This document shows, one piece after another, positions 1-7,458 of a stretch of DNA of 38,422 bases. A program made the position numbers and the translations under genes. The stretch lies in the IMG/VR virus record IMGVR_UViG_2925919700_000005, positions 1-38,422 of that record; one strand, given 5' to 3'. The stretch's first letter is position 1. Each line of letters begins with the position of its first letter. A model generated the notes under the pieces. It saw only the letters and a program-made list of their open reading frames with translations. It did no database searches and was not told where the DNA came from. Source of the stretch: a virus (lineage: Duplodnaviria; Heunggongvirae; Uroviricota; Caudoviricetes).

Positions 1-10
1 CACCCGATTT

Positions 11-44
11 CCAATAAAAAAGCCCCATCACAAGGACAGGGCTT
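11..44 (-). terminator. Rho-independent terminator downstream of the 63..368 gene
   Basis: Inverted repeat AAGCCC (20-25) / GGGCTT (39-44); on the minus strand it is followed by a T-run (A-run 13-20 on plus). Confidence 0.5.
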
Positions 45-62
45 AGGAATCAATTACTTACA

Positions 63-368
63 TCACTTAATATCTTTCATTTTACGGATACGCGCGCTTG
101 CTTCCGGTAGTTCATCCAGTGTTACGTGATAAGCAAGCATACAGACAGGAGTCGGATCAAATCCCTCATGAGTATTGATCAGATGGCTATTCCCGCCTTT
201 AAACTCATCCTGTCCATCCCACATAGCGTACACGTCATCTTCTGCTACATAGATAATCAATCCAATAGGGGAGTTAGTAAGCTGGAAGATGCAGCCAGTA
301 GAATCAATGCGATGTTCCCGAACGTCATCAACAGTTTCAAAGTCAATCTTAATATCTTTAGTCTTCAT
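63..368 (-). CDS. hypothetical protein (101 aa)
   Basis: ORF with GAGGG Shine-Dalgarno ~7 nt upstream of the ATG (minus strand) and a terminator after the stop; no recognisable family. Confidence 0.55.
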   Translation of the reverse strand: MKTKDIKIDFETVDDVREHRIDSTGCIFQLTNSPIGLIIYVAEDDVYAMWDGQDEFKGGNSHLINTHEGFDPTPVCMLAYHVTLDELPEASARIRKMKDIK

Positions 369-667
369 GATTTGCCCTCGCGTGAAAAATATTTTCGATT
401 ATTTATAAAAAAGACTTGACAAAATCAAAAGGTACTGATCCACGGGTGAAATAAAGCGAGTTTTCGGCACCCCGGTTTTTGATGTGCGTGTGAGATTTCA
501 AAACAGGTGCAGTGCAGCCCACCAGCGCGGTCGCTACGCGACTATTAACACCAGCCAATCCCTTTCCTCGCCTCGATCTTTCCCTTCGTTATAAAGCGTT
601 TTAGGCGCTCTCCTGAATGCGCAGATCAGATAAATAATTTTACGCAAATTTAATGGAGGATAACCGG

Positions 668-1222
668 ATGAAAGAAGAATTAACCCTTACAGAAATTTCC
701 CGCTTATACGGCTATACAATTAACGCCGCTAAGAAATGGCAAGAACGAGGAATGCCATTTAACACCAATACACGACGCGTACCGCTCAAGGAAGGGACCG
801 AATGGATAGCAAAAAATATCATCAGTCCACTCAGGGAAACTACTGTCAAAGAACAAATTGACGTAGAGAAATTACGCCGCGAGAGAGCATTAGCGGACGC
901 AGCCGAACGAGAGAACCAGGAAGCAATGAATCTCCTGATTCCCGTCGGTTATATAGAACAGCAACTAGCGGAATATTGCGGGAAAGTGAAGCAGACTATT
1001 TTGCAGATCGCCACAATCGACGCTTTAGAAATTATCGAATCTGCCACTGACCAGAAAACATTGAAGAATAAGCTAAGGGAGATCATCGAGCGTCGTTTAA
1101 ATGAAGTAGGGGACTTGTTCGAAAATGCAGATTTGGGAGAAGACGAGGAAGAAGAATTACCATTAATGGATGAACCGGAAGAACAAGAACCAGAAGAAGA
1201 CGATGAATTTGATGTGTCTTAA
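668..1222 (+). CDS. terminase small subunit-like DNA-binding protein (lambda Nu1-like N-terminus, acidic C-terminus)
   Basis: N-terminus LTLTEISRLYGYTINAAKKWQERGMPF resembles the Nu1 winged-HTH (Nu1 has ...IRTIQNWQEQGMPV, recalled from memory). Start moved to ATG 668, which has a GGAGGA SD; the track start is 653. Confidence 0.55.
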   Translation: MKEELTLTEISRLYGYTINAAKKWQERGMPFNTNTRRVPLKEGTEWIAKNIISPLRETTVKEQIDVEKLRRERALADAAERENQEAMNLLIPVGYIEQQLAEYCGKVKQTILQIATIDALEIIESATDQKTLKNKLREIIERRLNEVGDLFENADLGEDEEEELPLMDEPEEQEPEEDDEFDVS

Positions 1223-1316
1223 AACGCGTTATAAATAATAGTGAGAAAGATGTTGAACGGGTCAACGTCTACGGGGGAGAACATCCCCCGCTTAACTTTT
1301 AAGAGGATATAAAACT

Positions 1317-1601
1317 ATGGCTACTTTTATTACCTATGCTGTCATCATTACTATTCTGGCTGCTATCTCTGCTTATAAACTCGGAACCGAACCGAAAGAA
1401 CGAGGCGAATTATTCTTAGGTGCGTTTGTTGCATTTGCTAGCCTTGCGTTAATTGTCGAAGGAATTTCTTATATTGTTGGCCTAGTTAGTATGACACTTT
1501 TTAACTTCCATCCAACTATTGCTATGCATTTGATGCTGACCGTACTTTGGGTATATTGCTTAATCGAATTTTTAACGTTTGTTTTCAAACAGACTAAATA
1601 A
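1317..1601 (+). CDS. small integral membrane protein (94 aa)
   Basis: AGAGGA SD; translation is dominated by hydrophobic helices. Confidence 0.6.
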   Translation: MATFITYAVIITILAAISAYKLGTEPKERGELFLGAFVAFASLALIVEGISYIVGLVSMTLFNFHPTIAMHLMLTVLWVYCLIEFLTFVFKQTK

Positions 1602-1758
1602 TATTGTAATCTGCCATTTCTCCTTATGTGGTTTTAACAGGGAATTTTCGAAAGAGAGTTCCCGATTAAAAGCCATAAAACACATTCAGTACAGTGTTTT
1701 CATAGTCAGTGACTATACAACATAAAAACATAACAAGTATAGATTGAGTATTAATCCT

Positions 1759-1785
1759 CCCGCCCTTCGGGGCGGTTATTTTTCT
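1759..1785 (+). terminator. Rho-independent terminator (UUCG-loop hairpin + T-run)
   Basis: CCCGCCC-TTCG-GGGCGG followed by TTATTTTT. Confidence 0.7.
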
Positions 1786-1851
1786 GGCTTTACTAGATAA
1801 TGTAGCATTATAACCTCATCTTTGTTGTGCAAACCTAACCTAAACTTACTA

Positions 1852-1877
1852 GGGACTCTTCGGAGTCCCTTTTTTTA
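1852..1877 (+). terminator. Rho-independent terminator (UUCG-loop hairpin + T7)
   Basis: GGGACTC-TTCG-GAGTCCC followed by TTTTTTT; abuts the 3' end of the leftward gene 1875..2816. Confidence 0.7.
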
Positions 1878-2816
1878 TTGGCAGTAAGAAAAGTTAGTAC
1901 CGTACATTTCATCATGAAGCATTGCAGCATTGCGTTTCTGTTCTTCTTCCTCATCTTCTACATCACTAGAAAAATGAGATTTGCCCTTAAAAGAACGAAG
2001 TAATTGCAGTGCAGCCATCGGATCACGCATCACATCGATTTTCAATTCTACTTCATCATTTGCGGCCTCATCAGCCGCGTTTTCAACTACTGCTACCGGA
2101 GCAACTTCTTTAGCTTTCAGTTCTTCAATCTCAGATTTCTGTGCTTCGATAATCTGGTCTTTTTCTTCCAGTGCAGCTTTCAGTTCTGCGATCTGTGCTT
2201 CCAGTGCAGCAAAGCGATCTTCAACAACCGGAGAAACAGCATTCACCTGTGCTTCCAGTTCCAGAAATGCTTCGCAAGATTCAATACGTTCTTTCTCTTC
2301 ACCTTCATAAGCAACCAGTTCTACAACTTCTTTTTCGGTAGCGTGGCTGTTAAAGAATACAGCAAAGTAAGGATTGCCAGATTTAGTGAAGTTCAGTTTA
2401 GCTTTTCCGGTAACTTCTTTACGACGACCGAAGGTGATCTGGCAATCAGCGGTATCCTGAAAATCCATGTTAGGAGCGGAAACGATAGCAGTATCACCAG
2501 CAATAACCAGGTGGAACAGTTCAGAAGAGTTCTTAACGGTAAAAGTAACGATGTGGTCTACTGCAACGTCTTTAGCAGGTTTAACGCGGTCGATTGCTTT
2601 ACGAATGCCGTTAGGCAGTTTACCGTCAACACCAAAGCCAGCCGCGATCAGTGCTTCACGATGTGCTTTAAAGCCAGCGAAAGCGGATTTCTGCTGTGCA
2701 AAGGAAACATGAGCAACAACTTTCGGCTGAATCTTCTTGTTTGCTTCTGTGCCAAATTTGATAACTGCTTTAGCGTTGGTTACTTCGTTAGTGAAAAAGT
2801 TAGCGGAAAATAACAT
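1875..2816 (-). CDS. hypothetical protein (313 aa) with central coiled coil and acidic C-terminal region
   Basis: Long ORF with strong AGGAG SD 9 nt upstream of the ATG; heptad-like segment EAQIAELKAALEEKDQIIEAQKSEIEELKAKE; plus-strand ORFs inside it are treated as shadows. Confidence 0.7.
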   Translation of the reverse strand: MLFSANFFTNEVTNAKAVIKFGTEANKKIQPKVVAHVSFAQQKSAFAGFKAHREALIAAGFGVDGKLPNGIRKAIDRVKPAKDVAVDHIVTFTVKNSSELFHLVIAGDTAIVSAPNMDFQDTADCQITFGRRKEVTGKAKLNFTKSGNPYFAVFFNSHATEKEVVELVAYEGEEKERIESCEAFLELEAQVNAVSPVVEDRFAALEAQIAELKAALEEKDQIIEAQKSEIEELKAKEVAPVAVVENAADEAANDEVELKIDVMRDPMAALQLLRSFKGKSHFSSDVEDEEEEQKRNAAMLHDEMYGTNFSYCQ

Positions 2817-2859
2817 TATAAATACTCCTGTGGAAAGTTAGTTTTAATTGTTCATTTCA

Positions 2860-2899
2860 AGCCTCCTTTGCTGCAACAAGGGAGGCTTTTTCTTTTTTA
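2860..2899 (+). terminator. GC hairpin with T-run between two leftward genes (plus-sense terminator or mRNA structure)
   Basis: AGCCTCC ... GGAGGCT followed by TTTTTCTTTTTT. Confidence 0.4.
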
Positions 2900-2928
2900 A
2901 AGCCATCATATAATTCTCAGTCAAAGTA

Positions 2929-3111
2929 TTAGTAAACCTCTGCGGTTATCTTTACTTTAATGTCATACTTCTTTAAGAGTTTGTGGAAGGTTGATTGATC
3001 AATACCTTCACCTTTAAACCATTCACCCATCACTACATCAGGTGTCAGTTCAAAATAACGCTTTGCCATTTCTAAAACGATTTCACGAGTGAACTTAACA
3101 GGTCGTGCCAT
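2929..3111 (-). CDS. small hypothetical protein (60 aa)
   Basis: AGGAGG SD immediately upstream (minus strand); ATATAAATAATAGTGAG box ~55 nt upstream. Confidence 0.55.
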   Translation of the reverse strand: MARPVKFTREIVLEMAKRYFELTPDVVMGEWFKGEGIDQSTFHKLLKKYDIKVKITAEVY

Positions 3112-3246
3112 CTTGAATCCTCCTAAATCTGGATTAATGATTTCTTAAAAAAGAGCGTTAACCGCTCACTATTATTTATATGGGGATTGTATTTTATTTT
3201 TCAACCCCTCACACTTATCTCTTATATATGTATTTATAACAGAGAT

Positions 3247-3403
3247 ATGTTAAAATGTTATTCAGATGTTATCAGACGTGTTAAATGTGTTAAACCGCAG
3301 CACGAATTGCTAAAGCGGAGAGCACGAATTAACCAAATTGATGTATATTCAATCAATTTAGCAAAAAGGCATAGCACTTTTTGCTAAAGCGGTGAGCATT
3401 AAT
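3247..3403. repeat. Phased TGTTA repeats plus two ~24-bp direct repeats (TTGCTAAAGCGG(A/T)GAGCA...)
   Basis: TGTTA recurs five times at ~9-12 bp spacing (3248-3293); TTGCTAAAGCGGAGAGCACGAATT (3307-3330) and TTGCTAAAGCGGTGAGCATTAATT (3380-3403). Confidence 0.6.
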
Positions 3404-3630
3404 TGAGCTATGAATTGTAAAGATTTGTTACAAGATTTTCTCTCAGATCCAAATCTTCACAGGCATATAACAATTTAACACGGTGATAACAATAGGAAGG
3501 AAAATCGGTAAATTTTCACTTTCAATACAAATATTATAACATATTTATCTCGAATTTTCAAGTATACCACCGATCCTACACAGTGTCAACAAAGGATTTT
3601 CAAACCTACACTAGCCCTACACTATGAAAA

Positions 3631-3870
3631 TTGCCCCTGAATTTTGCCCCTGAACCAAAATCCCCTAGATTTCACTATCCCATTTTTGCCCCTGAAACCT
3701 ACTATTTTTGCCCCTGAAATTCTGGGAAACAGTGATTTTGCCCCTCATTTTTGCCCCTGAAATGCCAATAATTGCCCCTGAAAATCTAATTTTTGCCCCT
3801 GAAATTTGCCCCAGAAAAGGATTGGTGAGAAAAACTCTTTATAAAACATTAACTTAGCGAGGGGCAAAAG
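3631..3870. repeat. Iteron-like array of ~9 direct copies of TTTTGCCCCTGAA with one inverted copy
   Basis: Copies at ~3631, 3642, 3683, 3705, 3736 (variant CTCA), 3748, 3772, 3790, 3805 (variant CCAGAA); inverted copy GAGGGGCAAAAG at 3859-3870; spacers are 10-30 bp and irregular. Confidence 0.8.
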
Positions 3871-4012
3871 CGGGGGATCGGGTGTGCATAGATATTATAT
3901 AACACATTCGCTACGCTCATGTGTAAAACCAAAAACAACAAATAACCAAAAAGATATTAGGAGGGCGTAGCCCGACTGCGCGAAGCGCTAACCAATTACT
4001 TCTAGTAACACT

Positions 4013-4240
4013 AATTTAAACTAGATGATACTAGATGGTCTTAGAAGGAATTAACTAGTTTGCTCGCTCGCTTCGCTCACTCTCAAACGTCTGCGACGCC
4101 ACTGCGTGGCATCGAGAATCACTTCTGAAAGGATTTTCTTGAAAGGGATTTTAAACTAGTTACTAACTGATTCTAGAAAGATAGTAATAATCACTTTGAA
4201 GATAATAGTAGTTAACTGGTTACTAGATGATTCTAGATCA
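4013..4240. repeat. Three copies of a ~17-25 bp ACTAGATGAT(A/T)CTAGA-type direct repeat flanking a GC-rich structured core
   Basis: ACTAGATGATACTAGATGG (4020-4038), AACTAGTTACTAACTGATTCTAGAAAG (~4153-4180), AACTGGTTACTAGATGATTCTAGATCA (~4212-4238); GC-rich inverted repeats in 3961-4110. Confidence 0.6.
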
Positions 4241-4266
4241 CTTTAATGATCATGAAAGGTATTGGT

Positions 4267-4296
4267 TATCCCTTCGGGATTGCAACCTTCGGTTGC
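4267..4296 (+). other. Two tandem UUCG-tetraloop hairpins
   Basis: ATCCC-TTCG-GGAT and GCAACC-TTCG-GTTGC back to back. Confidence 0.5.
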
Positions 4297-4500
4297 TAAA
4301 TTGCTTCCGGATTATTATTTCTCCAAAAGAAAGATTCTTATATTCTAAAGATACTTCTTCGTTTTGATGATGATTTAATCAAAATCTATGAAGGAGGCGA
4401 AGCCGACTGAATACCAATTCCTTTCAAATTAGACAAAAATTTCTCGTTATAAATAATAGTGAACTTACTTTGATTCACTTTCTTTTAGAGGATTTCCACT

Positions 4501-4953
4501 ATGATCAATACTAAAACTCCTTTCATTCTTCTGGGTCTGAACCATGATGATAATCTGGCTATGATGCATGTTTTCGCTAATCGTGGTTATAACATCATTC
4601 GTCATTCCGAAGACTCCAATTTCTCAACTGCTTTCTATGCTCTTAAACGTAATGGTCGCCCTACGGTGATCGTAGACTGCTTTACTGATGAAGGTCGTGA
4701 ACAATACAACAACATTCCGGCAATTATTGTTCGTGATGACCTGCCGTTTGATGTTCGTGAATATGACGTTGATTTAGGCTCTTACTATGGGATCGCCGAT
4801 CTTGACCAGATTATGGCTGATTATGGTAAACAACCCGCTCAGGAAGCCCCAGAACACGATGAACAAGACGAAGATGACGACGACTACACACCAATCTGTT
4901 TCTCTTCTCACGGTGGCTTCTACGGTTACGATGAAGGCTTAGATATGCTGTAA
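4501..4953 (+). CDS. hypothetical acidic protein (150 aa); N-terminal pattern faintly resembles a receiver/flavodoxin-like fold
   Basis: GAGGA SD; CGTTATAAATAATAGTGA box 40 nt upstream; C-terminal run EHDEQDEDDDDY; alternating hydrophobic strands FILLG / YNIIRH / VIVDC / PAIIV. Confidence 0.6.
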   Translation: MINTKTPFILLGLNHDDNLAMMHVFANRGYNIIRHSEDSNFSTAFYALKRNGRPTVIVDCFTDEGREQYNNIPAIIVRDDLPFDVREYDVDLGSYYGIADLDQIMADYGKQPAQEAPEHDEQDEDDDDYTPICFSSHGGFYGYDEGLDML

Positions 4954-4975
4954 TTTAGGTCAACCCTTTGGCGTC

Positions 4976-5017
4976 TTGTCAAGGGGTATTGACAAAATTT
5001 TCTGACTTTTTTATGAT
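4976..5017 (+). promoter_or_regulatory. Sigma70-like promoter (TTGACA, 17 bp spacer, TATGAT) overlapped by an inverted repeat TTGTCAA-N6-TTGACAA
   Basis: -35 TTGACA at 4989-4994, -10 TATGAT at 5012-5017; inverted TTGTCAA at 4976-4982; further TTGACA-like boxes at 5026 and 5045. Confidence 0.45.
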
Positions 5018-5073
5018 TATCGCACTTGACAATTTTGAACCTATTTGACCTAGATTTGTAAAGAGGATGTAAC

Positions 5074-5406
5074 ATGAAAGAATTTACCATCACTAAATCC
5101 CTGTATGACTGGACTGTTAAAATCTCCGGCAAAACCGTTTCTGTAAGCCCTAGCCATGTAGAAAATGATTGGGGCGTATCCCGTGAAACTATCTCCCGTA
5201 GTATGCATGTTCCGTTTGATCTGATGTCCTTAACTGGTATTCATGCAATGCTGGAAGTTCGCGAACAATTCGAAGCTGGTAATCACAATGCGACTCCAGT
5301 TAGCAATCACCTTCTTACTAATGAAGAACGTGAAATCATCGAAAACTGGCGTTATGAATATGCGATTCCTTATTATGAAGAAGACCAAGTAGAAATCGAT
5401 TGGTAA
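5074..5406 (+). CDS. hypothetical protein (110 aa)
   Basis: AGAGGA SD; compact ORF; no recognisable family. Confidence 0.6.
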   Translation: MKEFTITKSLYDWTVKISGKTVSVSPSHVENDWGVSRETISRSMHVPFDLMSLTGIHAMLEVREQFEAGNHNATPVSNHLLTNEEREIIENWRYEYAIPYYEEDQVEIDW

Positions 5407-5502
5407 TAAATTTCTATCATAAATAAAAATGTTCCGGTGGTGATGCCGGAACTAGGAGGACCAATATCATTATCGCAAAACCGTTTAAGGGGAATTACTA
5501 CT

Positions 5503-6333
5503 ATGAATACTGTTACTGCTATGAATACTGCTGTTAAAACTGCTTCCGTGTCTCTGGTTGTTGATAACACCAAACCGCTGACCATGTCTACTTTGCAGAT
5601 CGCGCAAATGATGGATCGCGTAGACCGCCACCGTGATATTAAGCGAACTGTTGACCGTCTCGTTTCTTCCGGTGTAATTGTCCACACGCCAACGGCGCGC
5701 GAACAACTGGAAGATAAATTTGGTCGTTCTCGTGAAATTGAAGTTTATCTTCTTGATGAACGTTCGTCATATATTGTTGTTGCTCAAATTTCGCCAGAAT
5801 TTACCGCTTTTATCGTTGATGAATGGAAGCGACTGAAAGAAGAAAATGAAAAACTTCGCTCTACTCCGGTTAACCCGTATGCAGACTTTGAAGAAACCGA
5901 TTGGATCGAACTGGCATTAAAGAAAACTCGCGAAAATAAAAAGCTGATTGAACTTCATGTTCGCAAATCCGTAGATAGCCATTCAATGACCCGTCTGTTA
6001 GGAGCTAAAAAGGGCGCTACGAAGGTTAAAGAAGCACTGACGGCCTTGCGTACTGCTGGCTACATTGAGCGCGTCTACGATGAAAATAACAAGCCGTGTG
6101 GGTATGTTGCTAATGACTCTTCTCTGTCTTTCTGCCGCATGAATGCTCACTACCAACTTGAGTTTACTGTTGATGTTCTTCCTGTGCTGGTTGAATTGGG
6201 TGTTCTGGAAGAAGAACAAAAAGCAACTCTGAATCTTCCTAAGCCGAACAACACTATTCTGATTCAAAATAAAGCTGCTAAACAGATTCGTGAATCAGGT
6301 AACGTAATTTCCCTTGTTGATTTTGGGATCTGA
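5503..6333 (+). CDS. Rha-family phage regulatory protein / antirepressor-like
   Basis: N-terminal segment LTMSTLQIAQMMDRVDRHRDIKRTVDRL matches the Rha-type DNA-binding pattern as I recall it; start chosen at ATG 5503 (AAGGGG SD) rather than the track's GTG 5437. Confidence 0.55.
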   Translation: MNTVTAMNTAVKTASVSLVVDNTKPLTMSTLQIAQMMDRVDRHRDIKRTVDRLVSSGVIVHTPTAREQLEDKFGRSREIEVYLLDERSSYIVVAQISPEFTAFIVDEWKRLKEENEKLRSTPVNPYADFEETDWIELALKKTRENKKLIELHVRKSVDSHSMTRLLGAKKGATKVKEALTALRTAGYIERVYDENNKPCGYVANDSSLSFCRMNAHYQLEFTVDVLPVLVELGVLEEEQKATLNLPKPNNTILIQNKAAKQIRESGNVISLVDFGI

Positions 6334-6339
6334 TTAATC

Positions 6340-6374
6340 GCCCGGCGCATAATTGCGCTGGGCTTTTTGTTTTT
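6340..6374 (+). terminator. Rho-independent terminator
   Basis: GCCCGGCGC-ATAATT-GCGCTGGGC (one G-U pair) followed by TTTTTGTTTTT. Confidence 0.7.
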
Positions 6375-6469
6375 ATAGATAACAGCATTTTTGCTGGCAT
6401 CTATAGACCAGTCAAGATTTGGACTCAGCTTCGAGATGAGCGCAGTTTTGCGCCGATTGTTTTACATAC

Positions 6470-6493
6470 AAAAAAGCCACTCCGAAGAGTGGC
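6470..6493 (-). terminator. Rho-independent terminator for the leftward gene pair
   Basis: GCCACTC-CGAA-GAGTGGC preceded by A6 on plus (T-run on minus). Confidence 0.65.
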
Positions 6494-6508
6494 AAAGAGA
6501 ATCAAAAC

Positions 6509-6742
6509 TCAAAAACCTGTTGCTTCTACGATCTGACCATCACCGATCTGAACATAGAATTTAATGTCTAACTTCTTAATATTCTTATAGAATTGGGCGA
6601 TTGAGATCCCATGTTCACTAAGAATCTGTTCTTTCGCTTCCTTACCACGATCCGCTGTATAATAAGCGTAGGCAATATCAGCCATTTGTTCAGCGTTAAA
6701 ACGGGCAGGACGACCGCGAGTAGCTTTAGTAGTCATAGTCAT
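6509..6742 (-). CDS. small basic protein with RGRP (AT-hook-like) motif; putative DNA-binding
   Basis: GGAGA SD; N-terminus MTMTTKATRGRPARF. Confidence 0.5.
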   Translation of the reverse strand: MTMTTKATRGRPARFNAEQMADIAYAYYTADRGKEAKEQILSEHGISIAQFYKNIKKLDIKFYVQIGDGQIVEATGF

Positions 6743-6770
6743 TTCTCCAAATTAAAGTGAATGTTCACCT

Positions 6771-7373
6771 TTATTTAGAGGACTTACATTTTATCGGAAA
6801 AAGTTCTCCATCGTCAATACTCATAAAGAACTCTGCCTTAATCCCGTACTTCTTCAACCGTGAATAGTATGTACCCCGACTTATATCAACCTTGCGAAGC
6901 ACTTCAAAGAACCCTTTAGGATCGTTGTAATAGTGGCTATAACGCACGTTAGCGAGTTCAACGAATAGTTCCCTTGTATCACCATAGCCTTTCTTGAAAG
7001 CCTCGTTACGATAGCGTGTAATTGCGTGATTCAATCTCTTCTGTTTCAACACTTCTCGGATCGGCTTCCACTGCAACCGATAGATAGGACCGTCATCCAC
7101 TCGATAATAACGCTTGATATCAAAATCAAACCAATCTCGGACTCTCCGAAACTCTGTATGTGATGTTCTATGCTTCTTAAAGAAGTTGTGAACGTCTGTA
7201 TAACCATTATCGCGGTAAAACTCTATTAAAATCTCTTTCGCTTCCTCACGACTAAAGCCAGATGTTGTGTAGTCGGTTTTTAAATGCTTATGCTTAACTG
7301 GTAAACGATATTCATGATCGGTACAAGACAAGGCTAATTCTAATTCATCTCTTTGTTGCTGATTAATTAGCAT
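6771..7373 (-). CDS. hypothetical protein (200 aa), transcribed divergently from the terminase large subunit gene
   Basis: AAGGGGGG SD upstream of the ATG (minus strand); basic and Tyr/Arg-rich; no recognisable family. Confidence 0.6.
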   Translation of the reverse strand: MLINQQQRDELELALSCTDHEYRLPVKHKHLKTDYTTSGFSREEAKEILIEFYRDNGYTDVHNFFKKHRTSHTEFRRVRDWFDFDIKRYYRVDDGPIYRLQWKPIREVLKQKRLNHAITRYRNEAFKKGYGDTRELFVELANVRYSHYYNDPKGFFEVLRKVDISRGTYYSRLKKYGIKAEFFMSIDDGELFPIKCKSSK

Positions 7374-7458
7374 ACAACCCCCTTTAATTAATACCCGTAT
7401 TTATCAAAATATCAACAATTTAATAAATACCTTCATATTTCGTAATGAGGGTAATTAC

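Noticed and set aside
1981-2813. Plus-strand ORFs (109, 269 and 81 aa) inside the 1875..2816 gene
   Set aside because: They are antisense shadows of a well-supported leftward gene, with low-complexity Ser/Phe-rich translations and no ribosome-binding sites.
3187-3387. 66-aa ORF on the plus strand
   Set aside because: It lies in the AT-rich, repeat-laden non-coding region, has no ribosome-binding site and a low-complexity translation. It is more likely DNA signal than a gene.
3631-3870. Possible CRISPR array
   Set aside because: The repeat unit is only 13 bp and the spacers are 10-30 bp and irregular; there is no leader/cas context.
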